Of a stretch of DNA of 64,000 bases, positions 51,301 to 62,807 are shown one piece after another. Made by a program: the position numbers and the translations under genes. The notes under the pieces are model-generated. The model was not told the DNA's origin. It worked only from the letters and a program-made list of their open reading frames with translations, and searched no databases. The DNA lies in assembly GCF_963921235.1 (NCBI RefSeq), contig NC_086097.1, forward strand, positions 107,944,001 through 108,008,000. Direction: 5' to 3'. Position 1 is the stretch's first letter. Each line of letters begins with the position of its first letter. Source of the DNA: Mobula hypostoma (taxonomy: Eukaryota).

Positions 51301-53385
51301 ATAACCCCTCTGTTATATTGGTGTAATAGGGAATATAAGGCTAGATGGAAGGAAATAGAATTTGGATTAGTTGACAGTTTTCCTCTTCAGGCCTCAATAG
51401 CTGACAAAGGATTGATGGCCCAGTTGGAAAAATTTAATAATGCTTGGATAAATCTTACATTAAAAGTATGGCAGAAGGTGGTTAATTCATGTGGAATTAA
51501 TAACATGTTAAAACTCTTTAGATGGTGTGCATATGATACCGAATTCCTTCCCAACAGAGGAGATAAAAGATTTGAGCTATGGATAAAGAAAGGTCTTACA
51601 ACCTACCTCTCATTTATAGATAAAAGAGTATTACAAAGTTTCCAAATCCTGCAGGACAAACATGGCCGAGAACATAATGACTTTTTTTAGGTACCTTCAA
51701 ATACGAAACTATGTTAACCAGAGTTGTAGATATACAGACCTATCAACAGTAGAATTAGAATTTTTCAAGATTCTGAATTCGGCTTGCAGTTCAATACCTA
51801 GTAAATCAGTTTCTCGCCTATATAATGCACTCTCCCATGCTAAAAATGTAAATACACTGTATATTAAAGAGAAGTGGGAGAAAGAAGCGGGGTTGGTACT
51901 TTCAGAGGAGGCTTGGGAGAAAATCTGCAGCTTTCAATGGTCCTCGACTAATTCTTTGACTTGGAGAGAACATTGTTGGAAAAACATTATAAGATACTTC
52001 AAGACCCCATATCAGGAAAAATATAAAGATACAAATGTGATGTGTTGGAGAAGGTGCGGCTCCAAGGAGGCAAATCATTTTCATATTTTCTGGGATTGCC
52101 CTAAATTAAGTCTATTTTGGGAAGGTATTCATAGAACATTAGTTAAGGTACTTAGGTCCCAGATACCTCTGAACTTTGAGACGCTCTATTTGGGGCATGT
52201 ATTGTTCCTTGAACAGAAGGAAGATATAAAGTTGCTGCAGGCCCTCTTAGCGGCAAGTAAGAAATCAATCACTAGAAAATGGCTAAATCCAATACCACCT
52301 ACATTAGAAGATTGGTACGAAATTATCTTGGAAATATTTAAAATGGAAAAGTTGACTTACTCCCTGAGAACTCAAAAAGAAACATTTTATCAAATCTGGA
52401 ATAAATGGATTGAATATATAACCCCAATGCGAGCAGACTTTAGATGACTCTCCTAATGATTTATATTGCTCTTCTCATCAACACAGTAATATTGCTAACG
52501 TAAGCACCCCTAGTCTAAATGTTTGTTTTTTTTTTGGAAAATAGAGAATTAACACAAGTAAAGGGAAAGATTTGGGAAAGGGATAAAAAAAAAATGAAAA
52601 AATTAAGTAAGTAAGTACATAGGGATTGGATAATTATGTCTGCGGGCAGGAACAAGCACGAACAAATTGGGATATAAACACCTACAATGGTTGGTATATA
52701 GGCTTGTATGCAACATTTTGGACCAGTGGAAATGGTCCAGAAGGGTTGTATGGAAACTATTATTACCATTTTTCTTAACAACTAATTTCATTACTTAGCC
52801 TAATAGGTTAGATTTACCACAGTACATAATTATCTATTTAAATGTTTATTTTCCTTTTATATCATCTCAATGTGTACTTAAGAATGTATAAATAATTGTA
52901 GTTTTATACATATAAAAAAATGGAAAAGGTTATATGTGTGAAAAAAGTACATGATAATTGTGAATTCCTTATCCAAATAAAAATAAAATTAAAAAAAAGA
53001 AAATATATACACCTCAGAAGCTTTTTACCACCACTCACAACCTTTCTATTAGCGGCTTTGCTTGAACTTTTAACATCATTTATTTTCACCCCAGCCACAC
53101 TGTCAGCTCTGGCACTCTGGTTCCCATCCCCTGCAAATCTAGTTTAAAGCTTCCCCAATAGCACTAACAAATCTCCCTGAAAGGATATCGGTCCCCTTGT
53201 AGTTCGAGTGTAACCCGTCTCTCTTGTACAGGTCCCACCTGCCCCAGAAGAGGTCCCAATGATTCTGAAATCTGAAACCCTGCCCCCTACACCAGTTCCT
53301 CAGCCACTTGCTCATCCTCCAGAGCATCCTATTCTTACCCTCACTGGCACCTAGCACAGGTAGCAATCCTGAGATTACCACCCTC
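45372..53385 (-). mobile_element. CR1 LINE (end of ORF1 plus whole ORF2 with frameshifts), split by an L1 insertion
   Basis: ORF2 pieces at 47305-48204, 46680-47333, 46301-46687 and 45449-46261. ORF1 end at 53139-53381 (HWDLFWGRWDLYKRDGLH). (tctatggt)n tail; possible TSD GAGAAA at 45366-45371 and 53386-53391. Confidence 0.93.
48255..52998 (+). mobile_element. L1-clade LINE with both ends intact, internally deleted
   Basis: 17-bp TSD GAAAATATATACACCTC (48238-48254, 52999-53015); 5' G run then acttcc...aatggcggcg. ORF1 starts at 48392. ORF2 runs 48780-52447 in three frames ([47 protein letters not shown]...HIFWDC). AATAAA and an A-rich tail follow. Confidence 0.96.
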
Positions 53386-53519
53386 GAGAAATAGCTTTAA
53401 AACAATTTGCGCGCAAACTAGAAAGAAGATTAAGGATTTTTTCTGACCCAAGGAGCTACAGGAGTCTGAAATCACTGAGTAAATAGGTGGTTAAGGCAGG
53501 AAGTTCATTGCTTTATAAA

Positions 53520-54110
53520 ACTCTAGTTAAACTACATCTGGAGTATTGCATACAGCTCTGGTCATCCCCATTATAGGAAGGATCTCGAGGCTTTGGAGAA
53601 GTTGCAGAAGAGGTTTACCAGGATGCTGCATGGATTGGAGGGCATGTGCAAAGATGAGAGGTTGGACAAATTTGTGTTTTTCCTCTGGGCCAGTGGAGGC
53701 TGAGGTGGGGGATCTTATAGAGGTTTTTAAGATTATGAGAGACATAGATAGCAAAGACCAGGACTATCTTTTACCCAGCGCTGTAATATCTAATACCTGA
53801 GGGCATGGTAAGAAGGGGAAATTTCAAAGGACGTGTGAGGGGCAAGATGTTTTTTCATACAGAGAGTGGTGGGTGACAGAACTGTGCTGCCTAGAGTGGT
53901 GGTAGAGGGTTTATAGACTCTTAACAGACTTTTAGATAGGCACATGGATGTGAGGAAAATGGAAGGCTATGAACATACGTGTAAATGAACAAATCAACAT
54001 TGTGTAAGCAGAGGGGATGAGTTGAGTAATTTACTAATTTAATTGGTTTGGTAATATATGTGGGCCAAAGCGCCTGCCCTGGGCTGTACTGTTCTATGTT
54101 CTATATTCTC
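53520..54110 (+). mobile_element. Degraded CR1 3' fragment
   Basis: HLEYCIQLWS and GDLIEVFKIMR remnants; tail ctgtactgttctatgttcta. Confidence 0.75.
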
Positions 54111-54509
54111 TGTTACATATTTTCCCATGATTCTACATGGTTTAGGTCCCAATTTCTGCACCCTACCTCCCCCAGATACCCAGGGTTCAGACAGCAACTC
54201 TTAGAAAAAGCTCCAGGCCCACAGCGACCTGAAACTAACCCGCAAACAATCCCCATCCTCCAATCTTCTAAGTGACTTAAGCATCCAACCCATAAACTCC
54301 AATTGGTGGCCTCAGTCTCCATGCACCATTGCTGCTGATTGCCACCCAAAATCACAGCTTATTCATTTTTTTGTTGGACTCTCTTCAACCCTCACTCAAT
54401 CCCAAGCAATAACTTCTTGACCTGTGGCCCCAGGCTATCTCGCCCCTCCATTGTCAGTCACTGGGATCCATTATCATTTTTGACAAATGCAGCCACAAAC
54501 TTGAGATAA

Positions 54510-55095
54510 GCAACACACACAAAAAATGCTGGTGAACGCAGCAGGCCAGGCAGCATCTATAGGAAGAGGTACAGTCAACATTTTGGGCCGAGACCCTTCG
54601 TCAGGACTAACTGAAAGAACAGATAGTAAGAGATTTGACAGTGGGAGGGGGAGGGGGAGATCCGAAATGATAGAAGAAGACAGGAGGGGGAGGAATGGAG
54701 CCAAGAGCTGGACAGGTGATAGGCAAAAGGGATATGAGGCTAGAGAAAGGAGAGGATCGTGGGACGGGAGGCCTAGGGAGAAAGAAAGGGGGAGGGGGGG
54801 AAACCCAGAGGATGGGCAAGGAGTGAGAGGGTCAGTGGGAGAAAAAAAGAGGGAAAAAAAGGGGGAGAATAATAACTAAATAAGGAATGGGGAACGGGGG
54901 GGGGGAAGAGGCATTAACGGAAGTTAGAGAAGTCAATGTTCATACCATCAGGTTGGAGGCTACCTAGACGGAATATGAGGTGTTGTTCCTCCAACCTGTG
55001 TGTGGCTTCATCTTGACAGTAGAGGAGACCATAGATAGACATATCAGAATGGGAATGGGATGTGGAATTAAAATGTGTGGGCACTGGGAGATAAG
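54510..55095 (-). mobile_element. Penelope-like 3' fragment (close relative of 42849-44887)
   Basis: THFNSTSHSHSDMSIYGLLYCQDEATHRLEEQHLIFRLGSLQPDGMNIDFSNFR plus UTR and terminus; ends about 130 bp from exon B. Confidence 0.9.
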
Positions 55096-55224
55096 CTTCC
55101 ACTTTTGAATCCCTCTCACAGCAACATCAGATGTGAAATAAAGGTATCTCAACTTCCAACAGGGCAAATAAATACATAATTCCACTGCAGCAAAATACTT
55201 AAGGAGATCAAAATTTTTACTTAC

Positions 55225-55296
55225 CAACAGGTTGTCCTTTCCCAGTGCAGGACAAATATAATTTTTGACCCTGTCCAATGTCAATCAGCTGACCTT
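55225..55296 (-). CDS. Host gene coding exon B (72 nt, phase 1 to 1)
   Basis: Acceptor tattgacag and donor TTG|gtaagt. Translates (E)GQLIDIGQGQKLYLSCTGKGQPV, resembling the N-terminal beta strands of alpha/beta hydrolases. Confidence 0.9.
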
Positions 55297-55829
55297 CTGT
55301 CAATACATAATATCACAGATGAAAATTAGATTACATTCCTCAACAACGTCACACTCAATAGGATTGTGCAGCAGCAGAAGTATTTAAAATGAGAGCATAT
55401 GATGAATCATGGCAGTTTAACTGCACGTGACTCAAACACTAATTAATTGCTCTCATCTAATTAAATCATAATTTCAATCCCTGTAAGTACACTCATGCAT
55501 CAACCCAGATTGTGCTGCATCTAGTTTTTGTTCTTCTTGTTCTGTTTGTTCAACTTTTTCACATGTCTCTTGGTTTTTCAAAAAATTGCACAAGTTTGCT
55601 AATGGTGGAAGTTGCTGACAGTGCAGCAGAACATCTGGGGTCTTAATGGGCAGTGAGACAATCGACATTAAGCTATCATTATCTCTTGTTGTCCTTCCTT
55701 TATCATCAAAAAGGACTACAAAGGAGGATTACTAACCTTTGGGGAATTATGTGTCAAGTCAGGTATAGGAAGAGAAACAAAGAGATACAATTGGAAGAAT
55801 ATGGAAGGAGGAAACAGAGGCATGCTCGA

Positions 55830-56545
55830 AAATTTCAAAGTAAATTTATTATCAAAGTACATACATGCCACCATATACTACCTTGAGATTCATTTTCTCG
55901 CAGGCATTTACAGTAGAACCAAGAAATACAATAAGACAATGAAAAACTACACACAAGGACTGACAACCAACCAATATGCAGCAGAATACACTGTGCATAT
56001 AAAAAAGAGATAGATAGATAGACAGACAGATAGATGATACTGAGATCCAGAGTTGTAGAGTCCTTGAAAGTTAGTCCATAGGTGTTGAAATGATTTCAGA
56101 GTTGAGGTGAGTGAAGTATCTACACTGGGGCAGCTAGTAGAGCTATTGCCTCAAAGTTCCAGTGATTTGGGTTCAATCCTGACTGCTGAGTTTGCACATT
56201 CTCCCAATGATGGTGTGGGTTTCCTGCAGGTACTCCAGTTTCTTCCCACAACCCCAGTTGGTAGTTGAACTGGCGATGATAATGGCCCCTACGTGTAGGT
56301 GTGTATAGTGGCAGACTTTTGGGGGAGAACAAGATGAGGTGAGCATACGATTAACATAAATAGACTCAGTGCAGACATGTTGGGCTGAACGCTCATTTCT
56401 GTAAACACAAAATATTCTGCAGATGCTGGGGTCAAAGCAACACTCACTACAAGCTGGAAGAACTCAACAGGTCCACGGATGCTGCCCAACCTGCTGAGTT
56501 CCTCCAGCTTGTAGTGGCCCTTATTTCTGTACTGTATGACTCCAT
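55830..56545. mobile_element. Cluster: LINE 3' tail (-) with a (gata)n tract, tRNA-SINE (+) and a Penelope terminus fragment
   Basis: ttcaaagtaaatttattatcaaagtac tail; B-box gggttcaatcc near 56170 followed by gagtttgcacattctccc...gggtttcct. Confidence 0.6.
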
Positions 56546-57233
56546 GATTAATTTTTTAACAGCAAACTTTAATGGCATTTTTAAGATCTAAAGACTTTGA
56601 AGGAATGACATTCCACACTCATTTATTCCTTTACATGAAAGAGGTTAATGAGCAGTCAATAACTATTACATCATCACACAAGTAATTATGGTACTCACTA
56701 CAGGCAGGGGTATACTGGTTGAATATACTCAGTAACTGAGCCACCAAAGCCCAATGATTCACTGTCCTCTGGGTGAAGAAATTGCCTTCCTGAATGGCAA
56801 ACACCTTACACTGAGACTGTGACCCCTGGTTCAAAGGAAACATTATCCTTACACTCACCCTGCCAAGCAGTCTGCTTATTCTCTTCTTATAGGATAAACT
56901 AACCATCAGTCTCACCACCAAACAATCCCAGGAACCAAGATTGTGAACCTTTATTGCAATCCCTCTGTCAAATATATTATTAGATAGCAAAAACAGATTA
57001 ATGCAGATTTAACAGAGCAAATAATCACCAAAGTTCAAAGTACATTTATTATAGAAGTATGTATACCTTATACAACCTTGAGATTTGTCTCCTTACAGGC
57101 AGCCACAAAACAAAGAAACCCCAAAGAACCCATTAAAAGATACTGTCAAACACTCAATGTGCAGAGAGAGAAAAAATCAAATTGTGCAACCATAGAAGCA
57201 AGCAAGTAGCATTCAATACAGTGAATGAGTCAT

Positions 57234-57562
57234 GAGTCCACAGATGCAAAGCCCGGAGCAGCCTGAGCAGGCCACAGCCTCAGCCTCAGTTCAGCACAGA
57301 GCCCACAGACACAAAGCCTGGGGCAGCCTGAGCAGGCCACAGCCTCAGCCTCAGTTCAGCACAGAGCCCACAGACACAAAGCCTGGGGCAGCCTGAGCAG
57401 GCCACAGCCTCAGCCTCAGTTCAGCACAGAGCCCACAGACACAAAGCCTGGGGCAGCCTGAGCAGGCCACAGCCTCAGCCTCAGTTCAGCACAGAGCCCA
57501 CAGACACAAAGCCTGGGGCAGCCTGAGCAGGTCACAGCCTCAGCCTCAGTTCAGCACAGAGC
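57234..57562. repeat. 65-bp tandem repeat, 5 copies
   Basis: cagacacaaagcctggggcagcctgagcaggccacagcctcagcctcagttcagcacagagccca recurs at 57241, 57306, 57371, 57436 and 57501. It abuts a LINE-type tail (-) starting near 57030. Confidence 0.97.
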
Positions 57563-58229
57563 TGAGTAAACGTTACGGAGCCCAGAGCAGCCAATGTTCA
57601 AAATTCAATCACTATCACAACAAAAAGCAGATTATCTAGTCAATAGCTCAGAGGTCACGTACATAAATTGGCTACATTACAATTTTTCTACAAAGTGCTT
57701 TGGAAGGCATTATCTAAATGCAGATCTTTCTTTTTGTTATAACATCACAGAGAATCATTTATTTTTATTTATGTATCGTGGATATCACTAACTATGCTAT
57801 CCCTGATTGCCCTGGAACAGAGGATGCAGTTACGAACCAACCATATTAATGTGTCTGAAGTCAGATATAAGACAGACCAGGTAAAGATGGAAGATTTTTT
57901 TCTTGAAGAACATTAACAGCTGTTTTGAAAACAAAAAGCAAGATATAAAGCAGGGAAGTAGAATCAATCAGAGCACTTTTGCAGTTTTGGTTCCCTTCCC
58001 TATGGAAGAACAGTGACATTGGAGGTGGTCTTATGCCACAATTCACCAGATTAACCAGGATAGATCCTTTGATGGGAGAGTCGCTCTATAATGAGAGTCC
58101 GCATCTGTATTCCGTGGAACTTAGAAGAATGACGGATGACCTCTCCCAACACAGAAGATCCAAAGGGAACTTGACAGACACATTGAGATGTTTTTACTCA
58201 TGGAAGCACGAGTTTCCACTAGTGAAACT

Positions 58230-58530
58230 TGGGGTGGCACAGTTAGTGCATCACTTTCCAGCGCCAGTGATCGGGGTTCAATTCTAGCTGCTGTCTGTAA
58301 GGAGTTTGTACGTTCTCTCTGTGACCATCTGGATTTCCTCCAGGTGCACCGGTTTTCTCACACATTCCAAGTACATATAGGTTAGGGTTAGGATTAGGAA
58401 GCTATTGGCACCAGAAGCATGCTCACACTTGTGGGATGCCCCAGACATCCTCAGACTGTGCTGGTCATTGATGCAAAACAGCCCATTGCACTGTATGTAT
58501 TGACGTATAAATGTACAAATGACAAATAAA
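58230..58530 (+). mobile_element. tRNA-derived SINE (HE1/V-SINE-like)
   Basis: A-box-like gtggcacagttag and B-box ggttcaattc, then aaggagtttgtacgttctc...gtgacc; ends acaaataaagc. Confidence 0.7.
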
Positions 58531-58885
58531 GCAGCATCCATTATTAAAGACCTCCAGCACTCAGGGCATGCCCTTTTCTCACTGTTACCATCAGGTAGGA
58601 GATAAAAGAAGCCTGAAGGCACAAACTCAGCGATTCAGGAACAGCTTCTTCCCCTCTGCCATGACTTTGGACACTACCTCACTTATTTTACTATACAGTA
58701 TTTTGCAGATGTTTTAATAATCTATTCAATATACAGTACATATTGGTTTACTATTATGTTTTATTTTTATTTATTATTATACTTTTTCTCTCTCTGCTAG
58801 ATTATGTATTGCATTGAACTACTGCTGCTAAGTTGACAAATTTCACATCACATGCCGGTGATAATAAACCTGATTCTGATTCTGA
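58530..58885 (+). mobile_element. Rex1/L2-type LINE 3' fragment
   Basis: AASIIKDLQHSGHALFSLLPSGRR and RFRNSFFPSA; tail aataaacctgattctgattctga. Confidence 0.8.
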
Positions 58886-59367
58886 TAACCTTTAGCGTGA
58901 GAGTCAGAGAAACAGTCAGAAGACAAGGGCCAACAATTTCACACTGGTGCATGGACTTTTCTTTCAGATGCCGTCCAGTATCTAATTCAGGCTACATACC
59001 TGGGAGAAGGCAAGGCCTTTGCCACATTTCACTTTCCATCAGTACATTCCCCTCATCTTCACGATTTGCATACCACCACAAGCCACATCAACTTGTTTTT
59101 CCAGTAGGATGCAATGTGAAGTCACAATCTAATGATTTGCTTTATTTGTAAAGCGTGTCTTTATTCCTCACTGTAAACGTAACTTTGCTGGATCAAATAA
59201 TGACAGCACAAAAAGATCGTTACTTACCTTTTCACTCGTTTATTTCTTTGAGCTCAGCCAGCGAGTGAACTTGGAAACAACATCAGGGAGAGAACCTTTC
59301 TTATCTCCCCAGCGGTTCTACAAGTTCACTGCCCAATGTCAGAATTGTCAGAAGTTATAAGGCCACC

Positions 59368-59513
59368 GATACAAAAGAACAATCAGATTGACAACCATTC
59401 CAGTCAAGTCAATGGACTATTTATACAGAGAACAATCAGTTTGATAACTATTCCAGCCAAGCCAGTGGACTATTGATACAAAAGTACAAACAATTTGTTA
59501 GACACTCCAGCCA
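59368..59513. repeat. Degenerate 53-54-bp tandem repeat, about 2.7 copies
   Basis: atacaaaagaacaatcag...attccag.caag.ca.tggactatt recurs at 59369, 59423 and 59476. Confidence 0.75.
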
Positions 59514-60329
59514 CCTTAAATAAAGAAAAGAATGTCCTACCTGGTTTGCTGGAGCCACAACTTAATTACAAAGATAAGAACATCCGTCAAATTTATGCTT
59601 TAAATAAAAAGGAATGTTCTGTCTAATTTCCATCAGGTACTGCTTTTTGTCAAAATCAAAACGTGTGAAAAGCCCAGAGATGTCTTATGTGGATCTGAGC
59701 GAACTTTAACCCTTATCTTGTTCCAAAGAAAGCAGCTGTGAGACATTATTCAAACACACTGCAGTCACAGACATAGTCAGTACTTAATTCACTGTTTACA
59801 GGGATCTGAGAATCCCCCGTTCCCATCACCTCTGCCTGAATTCATTCTACTTACTAAGACAACATATCCTCTCTGTAGACTGCTGATGAGCTGCAGGACA
59901 GGGTGTTGTGAAGCCATTAACCAAAGCTGGAATTACTTCATGAAGTGAGCACCTCTCATTGCACAAAGATGAAAAAAGCAAACCATTCTTTCTTTCTCTA
60001 GTGAGCTTTATAATGGGTAGCATAAATTAAAGGTTTGCTTGAATTGATGCATTTTCAGACCCAATGTGCATCTGATGAGGCCCAGACTTGCTGAACAAGG
60101 AATATGATAATTCTTTTCAAAACATGCACATATTTTAAAACTGTGACTTAAATGCTTATAAAACTATTGATGCATCCTCTCAGTTAACTGCGTCCATAAT
60201 TTCTACTTATAAATTCAAATTTCCACATTTACTGTAAAAACTGACTATGCATCTGTGCAACAATACTCTAAGAACGTACCATGTTGTGCTGCTTGTGTAA
60301 CAGATTTATACATGTATTTTCCATTTTAG

Positions 60330-61180
60330 ATGGCTTAAGTATATACAGAGAGGACGTCGAGAGGCTTGTCAAATGTTGAGAACAACAACCTAAGTTTCTT
60401 CCTGGACAAGAGAGAAGAGATGATTGTGGACTTCAGAAAGGCACAAGTCGGCCACTCTCCATTGCACTTCAACGGCTCTGCCGTGGAGAGAGTGAAGAGC
60501 ACAGAGTTCCTCGGTGTGCATATAATGGCGATCTAACCTGGACCCATAACACCTCCTCATTAGTCAACAAGGCACAGCAGCGTCAACACTATCTGAGGAG
60601 ATTGAGGCATGCAATGCTCCCCACCCCCCCATGCAATCATCTTTCCTCAGGGGCAGCATTGAGCGTGACCTGTCTTGCTGAATCATTTTGTTTTACGGAA
60701 GCTGCAAGGTGTTGGAACACAAGTCCTTACAGAGGACAGTAAAAACCACAGAGGATTATTGTGGTCTCCTTCCCCCCCGCCCCCCCCCACTAATGTGACA
60801 TTTACTGGGAGAGTTGTACACAAAGGGCCCAAAGCTTTGAGGAGGATCCCCATCACCTATCCCACAATCTCTCTGACCCACTCCCAGCAGGAAGGAGGTA
60901 CCAGAGCACCAGAACTAGGACTGCCCGACTAGGTAACAGCTTCTTCTCTCAGGCTGTGAGACTGATGAATATCCTGCCACCACTGAGATTTCTGCATTAG
61001 GACAGCAAGCAGTCCGGTCTACCTGTGCTGCACACTGCATGCACTTTGAATAATATTTTATTAACTTATTTGTGGTAATATATTGTTTTATGTGTTGAGT
61101 GGGTGCACCATGGTCTGAAGGGATGCTGATTCATTTGGTTGTAGGTAAGAATGTACAGTCAGATGACAATAAATTTGAAT
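60330..61180 (+). mobile_element. Degraded Rex1-type LINE 3' part
   Basis: EMIVDFRK, VERVKSTEFLGVHI, KAQQR..YLRRLR and RLGNSFFSQAVRLMN; tail gacaataaatttgaat. Confidence 0.8.
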
Positions 61181-61239
61181 GATAGCACTGGCTTTGGGTT
61201 AAGATTCAAAATTGGAGAGAGGCTGATTATGATAACATC

Positions 61240-61510
61240 ACAAAGGATGTGTAGATTGGAATAGGTTGTTTTCTGGCAAAGCAATGCTCAGTAAACAGGA
61301 CACCTTCAAAATGAAATATTGAGAGTACAGAGTCTGTACATTCCTGTTAAAAATAAAAGATAAGCCTATCAGGTTTAGGAAACCTTGGTTTTTGAGGAAT
61401 ATCAAAGCCCTGATTAAGAAGGAGGTGCATAGCAGGTGTAGGCAGCAAGTAATTTTGATGTATTTGAGAAGTATAAGAAATGCAAGAGAATATTTAAGAT
61501 GAAAATCAAG
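61240..61510 (+). mobile_element. CR1 internal fragment ending at the LTR
   Basis: KDVDWNRLFSGK and PWFLRNIKALIKK remnants, related to the CR1 at 47305-47540. Confidence 0.65.
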
Positions 61511-62515
61511 TGTCACGCAGGTGAGAAACTGCTAGAAAGTTCAGCAATCCAATGAACAAGGAGGCAATTAAAAGAGGGAGAATACGGCGCGAGCTGAGAC
61601 ACGAGCTGGGAAGTCACCATGGTAACAGCTCAGAACGGTTGAGCTAACGGATGCTGGAAATTTGGATGGATTATAAAAAGTTGATCCTTCGGTCTGATAA
61701 CGGAGAGGAGACATGACACGAGAGAACTGCGGCAGCTACCCGAGAAACCACTGGTGGAGTTTAAGACCACCACGAGGGTGGAGGTGACGGACCAATTAAT
61801 TTCGACCTGTGATTACCAGTGCAGATAAGAGCTTGCCTGTGGGGGTCTGCTGTTGGTGAACCCATGCCCTGGGTTAGTAGACTGTTCCCTAAAAGGGGCT
61901 CTGTCCATCTGTGTCTGTGTGGGGGTCACACGAAGTGACTCTGAAGACTCCGGAAGCAAGAACAACTAAAGCTGCCAAATTGAACATCAACTCAATTAAC
62001 TCTCTCTCTCTCTCCATCAATTCAACTCGACGCAACACAAAGTGAACTGAACTGCTTAAACTTACCTGACACCGTAAGACTGATATCTACCTCCTGGACT
62101 ATTATTTTTTGTATCCACACACACATTTATGGATATATATATTAAAAAAAGTTGATAACCTGTATTGTATTATTCAGTTTAATGATATTAATTCGTAGTA
62201 GTAATAAATATAATCTTAATTTATAGTAAACCAGACTCCAGGTGTGTTCCATTTCTGCTGGATCTTTTCAACCCGTCACGGGGTTCGTGACAAAATTGGG
62301 GCCTGCATCCGGGACAGGAACAAATTTGGTTGGAGACAATTTTCGAAATTGTGTGGGGGCTTGTCTTGATTGGGGAAATCCCTTGTAATTAATCTGTGTG
62401 TGGAAAACAGCAGAAATGGAGGCTAGTGAATTTATAGAGAACCCTACTCCTCTGTTTTTGAGGACATAATAAAGGTCGGGAACCCCCGGCCAAGAGTTTA
62501 CTTTGGAAGGTATGA
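61511..62515 (+). mobile_element. Truncated LTR retrotransposon: 5' LTR (61511-62292), primer-binding site, leader and probable gag start
   Basis: TGTCACG...CGTGACA perfect 7-bp inverted ends. PBS-like TGGGGCCTGCATCCGGGA at 62297 resembles the tRNA-Pro type. ATG at 62416 (MEASEFIENPTP). The U5 end resembles that of the solo LTR at 31237. Confidence 0.8.
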
Positions 62516-62807
62516 CCACATTTTTTAAAGACTGGGTTACATTAAAAATAAGTCCAGATTTCAGGAATATATAACTGGCAAAAACTGTATGATATTTTCT
62601 TTTCCCTGTGTTATTAATTCAATATCTCATACAACATCCAGAATTACTCCTGTGCTGTTCCCAAGATCTGCTGAACCACGAGACTGTTGTGGCCCAGCCG
62701 ACAAAATTCTCTCTCATTGTTGTAAATCCTCTTTTGATCATCCAGGCAAAATAAAACATTTCATTCTGTCTAAGCTTGTACATGTGGATGGATCTAAAAT
62801 ATCTCAC

